Under the pieces are notes generated by a model, which saw only the letters and a program-made list of their open reading frames with translations, had not been told where the DNA came from and did no database searches. DNA of 53,045 nucleotides from Catajapyx aquilonaris. Its lineage: Eukaryota. This document shows positions 1-11,655 of the stretch, in pieces; within the stretch, counting starts at the first letter, position 1; each line of letters begins with the position of its first letter. The translations under genes and the position numbers were made by a program. Where the stretch lies: NCBI GenBank assembly GCA_000934665.2, contig JYFJ02002789.1, forward strand, positions 1-53,045, given 5' to 3'.

Positions 1-199
1 ATCAGAAGTGTCCAAAGGACAAGTGTACCGAGTTTCATACTTTTGTCACAAAATGCAAAGTTTGGATCAAATTTGTCCCTTAGCACCTGGACTATTTAGA
101 AATGTACTACGTACAGATGCATGGTGGGAAAATTGGTTTTCAACACGGAGTAATAGTTGTAAAAACTGTATTATTTTATTGTATTTATTTTTGTCTGGA

Positions 200-565
200 A
201 GTCTACTTTCAAATCCCGCAAAATCCCGGAATGACCATACGAAACGAACTCACGTGAGGTGGCCAATTAGGGTAATTGGTGGATGCGTTGAATTTACGGC
301 GATGCCGCGATGGTTTAATTTGCTAGGTATTGTTGCATTAATGCGAATTGATATAATTAATTGTTGAGGCCCGAGTGTAGTGAGAAGATTCGGGAATATG
401 CGTGTTGTGGGAGTTAGATTCATTTTCGGAAGCTGAAATATGCGGCATTAAATTCCTTGAAAAATGTAACCCCCGATATGCTAGTTTAAGGCTATGTATG
501 GGCCTTCCCCTGGATTTCTATAAGGGACAAACAAACTCACAAACAAACTCATTTATAGATATAGA
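200..565 (-). mobile_element. Non-autonomous Helitron-like fragment (5' end)
   Basis: Minus strand starts A|TCTATATCTATAAATGAGTTTGTTTGTGAGTTTGTTTGTCCC, a typical 5' TC end with GTTT repeats. Left boundary is a guess. Confidence 0.5.
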
Positions 566-1860
566 TGATGTACATATGTTACAAGAAATAGCATAATTAT
601 GTTACAGCATATGCATACAGGCATTTAATTTGAATTTGAAGAGCATTGAACACGATCAGAAATAGCACTTTCTCACACTTGCTATCGGAAGTGGTATAAA
701 AGTCTAAGTGTAGGTGATTGAAAGGAGCAGAAGAGAAGGGGGTTAGCAGTGACGAGTAGCCTGTGTGTTGATGCAGAGTGTGCAAATTTGGCAGGAGAAA
801 TGTGTATGGTGAGTCAATATTAAATCCACCCTTTTCGCCCAATGCAATGGCTGTACTTATATGCCTGTACCCTCTCGCAAAAGACGCTAAATACTCGCAC
901 AGTATTTCTTAAAGGTGCCAAAGAAATGTAAAAGTAAATTTGTGGGCATAATGTCCCTACGTCACCGGAGGACGAACTATTTGCACGTCAACGGCCGAAG
1001 GCTAACAATTAACCGGGAATTTCATCCGAAACAGCTAAAATCCATTCAGCTACCATTGTTATTGGTGCCCGTCTTACACGCCCTGTCTTGGTTAGTTCAG
1101 TCTCTCCTGAAGCAGGAGAGCAGGCGAGCAGCAAATGCATGTTTTCAAAAATAAAATAATGATCCTATTACCTATGGAAGAAAGCTCTGCACCTAATAAT
1201 TCTACGACTTTATGAAGATGGTGAAGGAATGGTCCGTAACTTTTATGCTATTGCATGGCGATTCCGTGAGCAGGAAGCGCGACGCAATTAAGAACTTTTC
1301 GGAAAAATAATGTCGGAAGGAAAATACCCTCACGCCCAAAAGAACACCATTTGCATTATATTCCCGGACAATAACATTTGAACCGCATGCAGAGCCATCG
1401 GTTAGAACAACATAAACGTGACCTCGATCGAAACAGGGCAGAAAGTGGCTGCAGTCTCGACATCCTCGTGATTCCTCCCAACCCTTTTGAATTGCCGCGA
1501 CTGTCGTCATCCACACGCGTCATCCGAGGGGGAGCCAATCAGAGGCCGGAATGAGTATTGCCCATCCTTTTATCAAGGAGGCCTGCAGTAAACCGCGCTT
1601 TCATTACTGATTAGTGATTGTACTGTATGTTATATTGAAAACATGGCTTTGTTTTCCTCTCCCTGGTAATCAAAACCACATTTTCAATAGAAAGAAATTG
1701 GCCAATATACAGCTGGTTAATCAGAACCGAGGATCCAAAGATAGAGGAAGTCGACCGAGTGCTCATTTCCTCGGGTGGCATAAGAGGGGCTTGCGGAGAA
1801 TTGCTTCGTCGGGGGGAGGGGGAAGATAGCCAAGAAATATATGGCTAATGAACGCAATAT

Positions 1861-1967
1861 AATATGATATGACATGGGCAGTCGCAAGGTGACCATACAA
1901 ATTGAAGTAGAAATATGATATGATTACACTTGGGCAGTCGCAAGGTAAGGTCCATACAAATTGGAGT
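1861..1967. repeat. Imperfect tandem duplication (~50-56 bp x2)
   Basis: AATATGATATGA...TGGGCAGTCGCAAGGT...CCATACAAATTGRAGT occurs at 1861 and 1912. Confidence 0.8.
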
Positions 1968-2989
1968 GAGCTAGCAATCAATGATCGCCAATAGATGGCA
2001 CTGGTGGTCGTAGGTGGTCCTCTGAAGGTTGTCATTCTCCCTCCCCCTGAAGGGCGCCAGTGGGGGCTTCGGCCTGGGCGCCCAATTTTTTTCATCTTCT
2101 TGGATGGTGTGTTGAGAGCGTGGTCAAGAGCATTCAGCATTCAATTCAGGGGTCATATGAGAACGGAGATCACATCGCACATGATCACAGTCAATGAAAA
2201 AGCAAGTATGCTCTTGGTATGGTACCAGACCACCTCATTTGTGTAAAATAATGCACGATCTCTTCATGGAGGTGTAATTAATGACATCTAAGTGTCAGTA
2301 GTAAACTAATGATGATAAAGGTGGGAAGAGGGTTAAATAAATTGCAAAACACGGACAATCATTAATCAACAGAGATACACAAGTCGAAATCAGTCGAAAT
2401 ATTATAATGAATTGACCATTTTAAACAACAGCAGTAACAGGATACCCGGTGTTGCTCGGGCTATGAAATACTTTTCCGTAGGAGTAACTCATTGATTAGT
2501 AACCTTTGAAATAATTATGGCTATACGATGTTGGCATACGTGTAACATGGAGCATATTGCATGTGCATGAAGTCCAAACAACACACTGAGGATGTCAGAT
2601 TGTAAGAAAATACACAATACACCTTCAAAATGCAGTAAAAGTATGTAATGAAATATTGAAGGTTGTGCAGTAAATATAGAATAGCATTGAAAGACCGGCA
2701 CCTCTCTAGTTATTCCCCAACCCCAAAATGGCCAACCTGGCAAGGGTGACTGTGCCAGCAGGCAGCTACGGGGTCACTGGAGAACTCAAGGCCCACCACA
2801 ACGTCAAGGTGGAGATACCATCCATGAGCTTTTTTTTAATTTTATTTTCGATTTAAAAAAAATTGATGTGAATGAAGTGGCATGGTACTAATCTGCTGTG
2901 CTGTGATGAATTAGGATGTGAGGAAGTGAGCGTGAAAGAGTGTCAGGAAGAGCTAGAGAGAGAAGGTATCATGAAGTAATGATCAGCCC

Positions 2990-5243
2990 ATGGCTTCGGT
3001 GTACACAATGTTCTTAGTTTTTCCATCTGGTCCAATAAACATAGAGACTGTTAGGGCTTCCCACACGTGACGCTCCAACATACCACTGTCCGTGAGAGAA
3101 GCAGGGCTCTTCCAGTTGCCGCCCAGCCACCTTCAAAGTTTGCCCCTGAGATTTGTTGATGGGCATGGCGAAGCTGAGTCTTAAGGCTGGTATCCACTGC
3201 TCATTATGAAGGGGTTTCAACCCGTTCAACCCCTTGATATTGAGCAGTGGATACTACCCTTTACAGGAAATTGGAGCCTCCTGAACTCAAATGGCAAGTC
3301 TGTCAGGATGACTGGAATTCTGGGAATGTGGACGTCTTCTCCCTTGTCACATCCCGAGAGAATTGTAGCCTGTATGACATGGGGCATAAGAGTTTTCACA
3401 GCAAGTCTGGTGCCATTGCAGAGTCGTGGTGGATCCAGGCTGCGAATTAGCATAATGGGTGTACCAATTTTTAAAGTCAGAGAATGAGGTGGGACTCCAG
3501 GAGGTTCGAGTGAATTTAGAAATTTGTTGTGTAGTGCACCACCTGGGCCTCGTCTGGGACTGTGTCCACAGACTTGTAACAGTGGGAAGGACCAGATAGT
3601 TGGTTGAGGGGTTGTGCGTTGATAAGATTGACGGCGTTGTTTTTCGGAGCTAATATTGCTCTCTCACACAACCAACTGTGTCTCTGGTAGTTGAGGCAAA
3701 GATTGAGAAAGGCCTTAAATTTTAATTCATCAACAGCGGACACCTTTGTACTGATCAATCCCATGTCAACATTTCCTAGGGCATCGGTTCTAAATTGGCA
3801 ATTTCCTAATTTCAACAGGTCACGTGCAAATTCCTCTGAGGAGTAGTCACCAAGCAGATAGGCCCTCATGTTCGTAGAGAGATTGAATTTTATTGAGTCC
3901 AGAGATAAGAAGACTTTAGGCAAGCTTTTATTTCATCGGCTCGTGTGCCTCGTGGAACAACACAGGCAATGCATGTCTGAAGTCCCCAGCCAAAACCAAA
4001 GTTACTCCACCCATAATCTTTCTGCATTCCCGGATATCCTGCAGTGTCCAGTCCAGAGCTTCAAAAGCTGCTTTGTGGGACATGGTGCACTCATCCCAAA
4101 CAATTAACCTGCACTGACTCAAAAGTTGTGCCACCCCGGTACCCTTGCTGATGTTGCACGTTGCATTTTCCTGTGTAGCTAAATTTAGAGAAGTTTGAAT
4201 GCTGCGCGCATGAGCAGTCCTCCCACCAGGCAAAAGAGTAGATGCTATGCCAGAAGAGGTAACCGCAAGTGCGATTTGTTGATCCTGACGAACTTTTGCC
4301 AACAACAGATTAGTCACAAATGCTTTACCAGTTCCTCCTGGTGCATCAAGAAGAAGAAAAAAACTCCACCTTTCTGACCCTGGATATTGTCTACTATTGT
4401 CAAATAAGCAGATCTCTGATTTGGTAGCAACTTTAGTTCATTAATAGCAACCTCTTGGATGGGTTCTTGGGTGTTGTAATTGGTCTCACGTAGAATCTCA
4501 CGACAAATGTTGTCAACTTGAGTGCGGTGAGTCTGAGGAAGGCCGAATGACTACAGGTCCTTTCTTCCCATAGACATGACTTTGTCCTCAATTGCAATGA
4601 GGGCCAAGTTGAAAATGGCATCATTGTACACAACGTGTAAGTCGGAATTTTGAACTTGTGCCTGGTACTTAAAGGCTTCCGCCAGGTGTTCCTGGTGATT
4701 TTGCCACAATGTCAGTGGGCTTGACACACCACAAACCTGCAGCAAAATGGCAAACAAACTGCGGAGATTGGAGGGTGACCGAGACGCTGCTGGCTCCGTC
4801 AGAGTGGCCTCCCACTCTTCAAGAAGACCTCGCCTGAAACATGCCTCTCTGTAGGTGAAGCAGAGTTGACCAGTGACTGTTCGCAAATCCTCGAACGATG
4901 AAGGGCCTCTGACATCGTGAAGCATCATGCGAAGGTAAAAGCACTCCTGCTGGCTGGGATGGACAGTGTAGACCCTTGCCAATGCCTCCTCTTTGAAAAT
5001 GCCAGGATGACCTTCCACTGGACTACCTCGTTTTCTCCGACTCCACTTGTCGCTCCAGGTGTAAAAGATATGATTTGAGAATAGAAGAGAGTGCGGGGCA
5101 AACGCATCTTCTTGACAAAGGAGGAAAAATGCCGTAAGTGTTGTGTTCTTGGGAGCCAACGCTCTATATTTTTCCCAGCCCCCTTGTAGTAATTTTGGTT
5201 CCTCTCTATACCACACAAAGTTGTGATGTACCATGGTGCCCAA
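2990..5243 (-). pseudogene. Helitron Rep/Hel (PIF1-like helicase) pseudogene fragment
   Basis: ORF-track pieces 4551-5243, 3928-4317, 3516-3923, 3226-3453 and 3014-3229 are collinear pieces of one helicase, broken by stops, frameshifts and a MITE. Confidence 0.88.
3184..3260. mobile_element. 77-bp MITE (PIF/Harbinger-like, TTA/TAA TSD) inserted in the Helitron helicase
   Basis: TTA at 3181-3183 and 3261-3263. AGG...CCT ends and internal IR TATCCACTGCTCA/TGAGCAGTGGATA. Removing it plus one TSD restores TTT CCT GTA AGA CTC AGC = FPVRLS. Confidence 0.85.
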
Positions 5244-5249
5244 AGGAGT

Positions 5250-5315
5250 TTATGTGCCTTACTGTAATGTACTGAGAGGTCCCTCCCTGTATGTGGAGAC
5301 AGGGAGGTGAAATAA

Positions 5316-5365
<50 letters not shown>
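5250..5365 (+). mobile_element. Probable LINE/SINE 3' end with (ATG)16 tail, at the point where Helitron similarity stops
   Basis: Stem-loop CTCCCTGT-ATGTGGAG-ACAGGGAG, then AAATAAA, then (ATG)16 at 5316-5363. Confidence 0.5.
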
Positions 5366-6049
5366 CATGAATACCACACAAAGTGACATCGATGGAGCTT
5401 CCAATTCCAGCAAAGTTCATATATGTAACTATTTTCATTTTCAAATGAAAAGGGTCAAAAGTGAGGTCTGGGGGGTGTCGTTAGTCTTTTGTTTTTCCCC
5501 CTGCTCTTGGGATTTTTGTGTCACCTTCATGTCTGTAAATGTATATCGTTAGCGCTTCAGAAATCAGTAAAAGCCAGCTCTGTAACTTACTAACTTATCT
5601 AGTTCTCGAGTACAATGGAGGAGAAAATTCACCCGCTTTTTGCAGGGGGCTCCGTTATTTTGTCCAACCCCTGTATATTTTACGAGGTAGAAGACTCTAG
5701 TGCTATCACACACGCGCGTGCATACCTGCGACGTAAAGTGTAGCGATATAATCGCTAATGACATTAGCCTGACATTATCAGTATGAATACCATCTTCACT
5801 TGATTCTACCTATAACAACAGAAATAGACAAGGCAACAATCGACTTTATCTATTGACCAATAAAAGGTGAGTGGCTCAAGCTCAGGCGTATACTGATTAT
5901 CATTACACGGCCATCTCTTTATTGCCGTAACAAATAAGTTCTGTAAACTATACCTGCACTAAGCTCATAAGGTAGCGTTGATTCGCCATCTGATCTTAAT
6001 TTAATTTTTGTTATTTTTTTATTGAAACTCCATTGTGAGAATCGGAGAT

Positions 6050-6294
6050 CGATTAGAGGGGTGGAATACCACAATATTTTATCTTCAATCTTTCTGAAAT
6101 CAGCCTCACACATGGATGGGGCCAACGATAGGGAAGGAAGAAAGCGGCTGCGGCCTATTGTACGGAAGCGACCCCGTAATTATCCTGGGGGGACCATGGA
6201 AAACCACGGCCAGGATCGCCGGCCCCGGGAATCGAACCCAGGACCTCCCGATTAGCAGTCGGACTCCTTAACCACTACACCAACCTGCTTCGGT
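6050..6294 (-). mobile_element. tRNA-derived SINE, family 1 copy A
   Basis: Head ACCGAAGCAG..., anticodon-like arm TCCGA-CTGCTAA-TCGGG, B-box GGTTCGATTCC, core GGCCGCAGCCGCTTTC, distal GTGGTATTCCAC. Homologous to the copies at 16356 and 25022. Confidence 0.85.
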
Positions 6295-8540
6295 TCTGAT
6301 CTAATATTCTAATCAAATTGTTTCTGTTGGCATAATTTTTTTCCTATATTGCAAGACTGTTGATTTCCACACTGTCAAGTAATATCTATTATATTTTTAT
6401 TGTCTATGATTTTCACCTGCAAAATTCCTTTACTGTGCACTACTATCAGCTAATGTCTATAAATCAACATTTCCAGTTGAGCACCTCTATGCAAGGTTGT
6501 AGTCTGCAGTGACAGGTCGGATTTTAATTATGAAGATTCACGGCAACAATTAGGCGAAAACAATTAATGCATTATTGTCTCAGAGTGTACGTAGACATTC
6601 TTTCGTCAAATGTCTGCAGTCAGGCGATTGCATTTCTGGATTCTCGTGTCAGAGGCCCATTGGCATAAACTGCTTGTGCAGAACATACTGAGGGCCCATC
6701 TCCACTGAATTAGAATCCGCGTTCAATAGTCCATCCTCATTAGGAGTCTAACAGCCCTCATCAATCTTCGTGGCTCGAGCCATTAATAAGTGCGAAAGTG
6801 CCTTATAAGCCGCCATTCTCATGACTCTGCACAACGGAAAGACTGAATACGGTATAATGCGAGATCAACGAATGTGCGCAATTTAGCAGGTTGAGGCATT
6901 CATCATCCACCGGAAATGTGCCTCATATTAACTTTTCTTTAAAAATGTATAAATTACAAACTTTTGCACACTTCATTTTAATATCATGTAGTTATGTAAC
7001 TCTTATAATCTAACGGCATGCACATGAACCGACATGCATACTGAATTATTATCTTGGCCGATATTCACTAACTTGGCCGATCTATAATGGCAGGATGAAA
7101 GGTGAGACAATTGAAATTCTAATTCGGATGATTACCGGTATATTATTCGTGGAAATACCTCCCGAGATATGAGCACGTCCGAATCATCAGAAGCCAGTGT
7201 TTTTGTATGCTTTTAAAAATATAGATACGCCAGGTGTGTAATTGTGTGAGTTATCATTATTACTTATTTTGGCACTAAATGTAAGCATGTTCTAAAATAG
7301 TAACTTGTAATAGAAGTTAAATCCCACCTGATGTTAGTTTGGATGGGAGAAGCCTTTCAGGCCCTGGAGTGAAATCGATTTACGAGTGGGAATGACCCTC
7401 TGAGGTCAAGAGTTTGGACCTCTTCTTAGCAGGCCAGATCTATTCGTACAGATCAACACAGGCGCCCTAATACATAGAAGCTATTAGAAAGCAATGATTT
7501 GTTGACTCTCAATAAAACAACCTCTTTCCACCATTTTGATATACGGTACTGGTACATTAGTAGTTACACTTAATATGTATAAAATTATATAGTAAATAAT
7601 ATGCGTATGAGCTAATTGACGATATGTCAAAAAATTCGAGTATCCCAGCATTATAGCGGTAGAACACTTTCCCCCCAGTTGAATGGTGCAATTTTGGCGA
7701 TATGGTGCAACAACCCTCTCGAAACAAACACGTGGTAACAATCATCCCACTTATGAAACGAAACTGCCCCACAGAAAATCATTCTAGCTCGAAAATTGTG
7801 GCGGGAAAAACGGCTGCGTTTGGCACTAAACGCGATTTGTAAGTCCTCCCCTCAATAATTTCTTTGTTCCCTGTCCCGAATATGGCTCGCAAACCTCGCA
7901 TTTCGTTGAAAAGCAATTTTTTTTAAAATTCTTCATCAAAATTTTTCAGACGCATTTCATCAGAATATCCAGTGAAGCTCAAACACCAATTCACATACGC
8001 ACGCCGTTAGCTGTTAGTCCCGCCATCAGATTGAGGGGCAGGGTCCAACAATGGCGGACCGTTCCCAAAGCTCTTTTCTTTTTTCTCCCCCATCTAAGTG
8101 TCCGTCAAAAGGCCTGTCCCAACTGCATAAAACGAGCAGCGTGACGGACCCGCCACAACTTTTGACTAATGCTTGGAATGCTAATGGTGCGGAGACTCAT
8201 GGTCAGAATGGACAGACCAGGGAATTGTGGAGTGGGTGGGTCCTGGGGCCTGGACGACGACCATTATCCCTGATCCGGCTACTTTGCACTCACATTTACT
8301 TTTATCCCTTCCATCCCCCATCCCCCCTCTCATTCCCCCCCGCCCTTGGCGAACACCCACGCTTAGCGTGGAATGAAATTAAATGAAAAGTGGAGGCGGA
8401 GTAACGGTTGCAAAATTTGGTAGCCGTTATTCATTTCTGCACGATTTTATGCGACTGGCAATTGCGAAGCAAACGGCGGTGTGGACGTGCTGCGAAATAT
8501 TATGCCCTTTATCAGGATGGAATGTCTCTTCAGGTAAATA

Positions 8541-8814
8541 CAGGGTGTTAATCCTAAGCGTGTCACCAGAAAAGGTGGTGGTAGAGGGAGCAGGTGTGAG
8601 CATTTTTGCATAAGGAACTAGGGGTCGGAAACGCACCCTCACCGAGTCACTCCGCCGCGTGCCGCACGCTCTTGCACACAGCCTGCCGCAACCTTGAAAG
8701 GGGCGTAACTCGGTGAGGGTGCGTTTCCGACCCCTAGTTCCTTATGCAAAAATGCTCACACCTGCGCCCTCTACCACCACCTTTTCTGGTGACACGCTTA
8801 GGATTAACACCCTG
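8541..8814. mobile_element. Tc1/mariner-type MITE, 274 bp, 107-bp TIRs, TA TSD
   Basis: TA|CAGGGTGTTAATCC...GGATTAACACCCTG|TA. Arms 8541-8647 and 8708-8814 are nearly identical, so it is probably young. Confidence 0.92.
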
Positions 8815-8939
8815 TATAGCCGGTGGTGGATATAGAGACATGATTATAAAGGGTAGACAGTAGTCGTCTTTAGTATTGTAATACCACGTTATATTTAAAA
8901 ACTGTAGAGTTCACTGCTAAAATGTATAAGGTTCCTTAC

Positions 8940-9074
8940 TTGGTTTGAGTCCGTTGAAAGTATGGCACTTGCACGTGAAGCGAAGTTTGCAGTAGCTTTT
9001 CTTGTGTTCCACTAATTCTTGTAGCTCGGAAAACATCTCGCGGCAATTTCCGCAGATGAGGATGTCTGGCGTAC
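8940..9074 (-). CDS. HNRNPC-like: Coding exon (135 nt, phase 1 to 1), same gene; BCL11-like CCHC zinc finger
   Basis: gaattcgcag|GT ACG CCA GAC ATC CTC ATC TGC GGA AAT TGC ... AAA CCA A|gtaagg = (S)TPDILICGNCREMFSELQELVEHKKSYCKLRFTCKCHTFNGLKP. Has the PD-x-L-x-C-G-x-C...F...HK...C spacing of the BCL11A N-terminal CCHC finger. Phase fits the previous exon. Confidence 0.92.
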
Positions 9075-11372
9075 CTGCGAATTCAATAGTTCAACCATTA
9101 GGTACTGGCACTGTTGAGTACTTCTTTGTAGCTATATCTTGCTATTTAATATTGATGTGACTACTGCACGTCATAGAAAACGTAGCCGCTCTTGACCCTT
9201 TAACACACCAAGCACCGGTGGTGGAGCAGCCGCACAAGTGTATTCACAGCATAACTAGGGATATACCTGGCCTGTGCAATGTAAATATTTTCCTGTTCCG
9301 TAACGTGGGCAACATTTCAACACTTCTGGAAACATTACCCCGACTATTGATCCACAGTAACACTTGGCTTGGTGCAGCAATTATTTTGTAGAACCCCTTG
9401 TTGCATTCAGGCCTTGTCCGCTCTTGCACAGTATTTCCAATGCCTGATTGCTTTTCATCCTAACCGACATGAGAATAATGTATAGGCACACAACAACCAA
9501 AATTGCTACTTTCCGATGCAAAATAGCTTAAAAATAAATCAAACCCCTTCTTTTCATCCGAGGTCATATGTCACGACCTAAGAGGTGTCCCATGAGACAT
9601 ATCCAAGGCTTCCTTGGTGCTTCCTTCCCGCCGGAACGGGGAATGGGCAATCAGACACAAATCTGAGGAGTGATGAATGAGCCATAGTTTGGCAATGGTG
9701 CAACTTTGTGCTTGGGGAATGAAAGAGGCGGAAAGGGCCCTCCCCGAAAAGAGCTGGCAGCATTTGCTGGTGCACCATAGCTTTGATCACTAGGCCATGT
9801 GTTTCCCCACAGCCTGCTATATCAGCGGCAGGCAAAGTGTCAAAAGCAGCAGCGATAAATAGGGACGAATGTCGCGGCCCAAAAGCGCCCGAATTAAACA
9901 GAGGCGGGGACCTGTGTCGTGTAAAATGCTCCGAGATGGGCTTCCCAGCCCCGCCATAACCTCCTGATATTAGGCTACCATGCCAGCTAATTACACCTGG
10001 TAAATAATAGTGTACTGCTAGAATGATTTACTGGGACCGGGCTCCGTCCGGCTCTACGTTCCATACGCCAAATGGCTTCTACTCTATCCAAGACAGCCAT
10101 TTGAAGCCGGGTAATGGCCACAAGTCAGATGGGGGGTTTAAAAAAGCATCTGTTGTGGTCAGGCAATCCCCCTCCAACCCCCGCAGATGGAAGGCTGCAG
10201 GGTGGGGTCTGGCTAGGGGCAGACATATTTCTCTGCCTTTCAGCTGTGCCGATTCGGCTTGGCGGCAATTAATTGCAACCGGATCGAAGCTCTCTTGGGG
10301 ATCTCTCCGACCGCAAGAGCCCAAAGCTCCCCGCTAGGACTTCCAAGTGCTTCTCTTCGCTCAACAACCCATCTCATATCGACTCTACTCTTTTCGCTTC
10401 AATCTGCCTGCCAACTATTGTGCTCTTGCCTGCTTTGGTGTTGCAATTTTGCTAATCCCATTTATTGAATAGTCAACTAGAATAGGGAAGGTCTTTTGTG
10501 ATACGTATGCTATGCAGTTAATGAGACTGGGAGGGTAAGGAGCTTGAAATAGTATAGCTTGATTAACTTGTGAGGTATTGCGCACAAAATAACGCTGGGT
10601 TCACGAATCAACCAATTAGGAAGATTCTTCTGAAAGTCCGTGACCAATCATCCAGCTTCTCGTCAGTTAATTGTCCGACATTTTGCACGAAAAAGTGTAA
10701 TAAACTGGCTGGGAGAAAGTCTGGTACAAATCGAAAGACAAGAGGAGTACGGAAGACATGAGATTCAAAGTTCGATCGTCTAACCCGGGATTGGGGGATC
10801 AACAAGTCAACGGTAGAGACGAACTTGTCGAGAGGAAGAGATCTAGAGGAAATGAGACTTGGGATCGGAAATAGCCGGCACATCGATTGTGTGACTCTTG
10901 GATAAATATATATTCATGCTCCTTCTCCCAAGACCTTTTCTCGCGCGGGCTTTTGGTTGAGACAGATGACGGTATGGTGACGAGATTTTCATCCACCCCC
11001 TGACTGTACCAAAGTTGCCTCTTCCAATCTCCCTTTCTGTTTGCCTCAGGCCTGATATTACGTCGCAAAACACCCGATCCGGAGTGTCAGTCGACTGACG
11101 ACGTGAGACAGCGTACCGCTGATTCTATCATTCGTGTCACTCACCATCGGAATTTCTTGTGTTGCAATTCCACGATTGCCAGCGACATGTGAACGAAATA
11201 GCTGGGGGGTGACACCGCGATAAAGGCGTTCACGAGAGTGGATCAAGTGAAAAGTTGTTGGAAAAAAATAGTGTGCATAAAAAATTGGAAAAACCCTCGC
11301 CGCATGTGGCGTCAACTTGAATTTTTGTAAATATCATTCGAAACTGTCCCTTATTATACCGTACTACCAGTA

Positions 11373-11655
11373 CAGTGTCGGACATTAATCGTGTCATACT
11401 GCTAGTGACATTTTCCGATGCGACAGACGTGCAAATCGAAGTGATAGAGTGCGAGCCGTGCGAGTAAGAAATGGTAGTCCTTGGGTGACGTCACTGGCTG
11501 GGGACATGCCTTTTCTCCATTGCCCCTCAGCCGGTGACGTCACACAAGGACCACCTCTTCTGATTCGCACTGCTCGTACTCTATCACTTCGATTTGCACG
11601 TCTGCCACATCGAAAAATGTCGCTAGCAGTATGATGTGATTAATGTCCAACACTG
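11373..11655. mobile_element. Tc1/mariner-type fold-back MITE, 283 bp, ~130-bp diverged TIRs, TA TSD
   Basis: TA|CAGTGTCGGACATTAATC...GATTAATGTCCAACACTG|TA. Arms pair almost to the centre, with a ~20-nt loop. Confidence 0.88.

Larger units (their letters stand above)
2434..5250 (-). mobile_element. Decayed, 5'-truncated Helitron (Rep/PIF1-helicase region plus 3' terminus)
   Basis: Frameshifted PIF1 motifs in order: ARVYTVHP..ECFYLRMML..VRGPSSFEDLRTV, Walker A DAPGGTGK (~4325-4350), [68 protein letters not shown] (~3000). Helitron-type 3' end CCCGAGCAACACCGGGTATCCTGTTAC-T (hairpin plus degenerate CTAG) at 2460-2433. Confidence 0.9.

Noticed and set aside
1078..1106. Possible 29-nt minus-strand exon (cag|...|gtaaga), open in phase 1
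   Set aside because: No recognisable homology to the expected downstream zinc-finger region, and it would change phase. Such signals arise by chance.
4925..5552. ORFs with poly-I, poly-H and poly-M (also poly-L at 22834 and poly-I/V at 35844)
   Set aside because: These are translations of microsatellites.
5655..5675. Tc1-like terminus TTATTTTGTCCAACCCCTG|TA
   Set aside because: No matching left TIR found, so boundaries cannot be given.
6240..6294. tRNA-Ser-like sequences here and at 16300-16356, 25022-25090, and a tRNA-like head at 45811
   Set aside because: No complete cloverleaf or acceptor stem, and each runs into a SINE body, so these are SINE heads.
7915..7975. Minus-strand CTGATGA...GAAA hammerhead-like core (similar partial cores near 21500 and 29140)
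   Set aside because: Stems I and II do not form credibly, and there is no Penelope or tandem context.
9540..11100. Several 60-105 aa ORFs in GC-richer sequence
   Set aside because: No recognisable domains or splice-consistent structure. They lie inside an intron.
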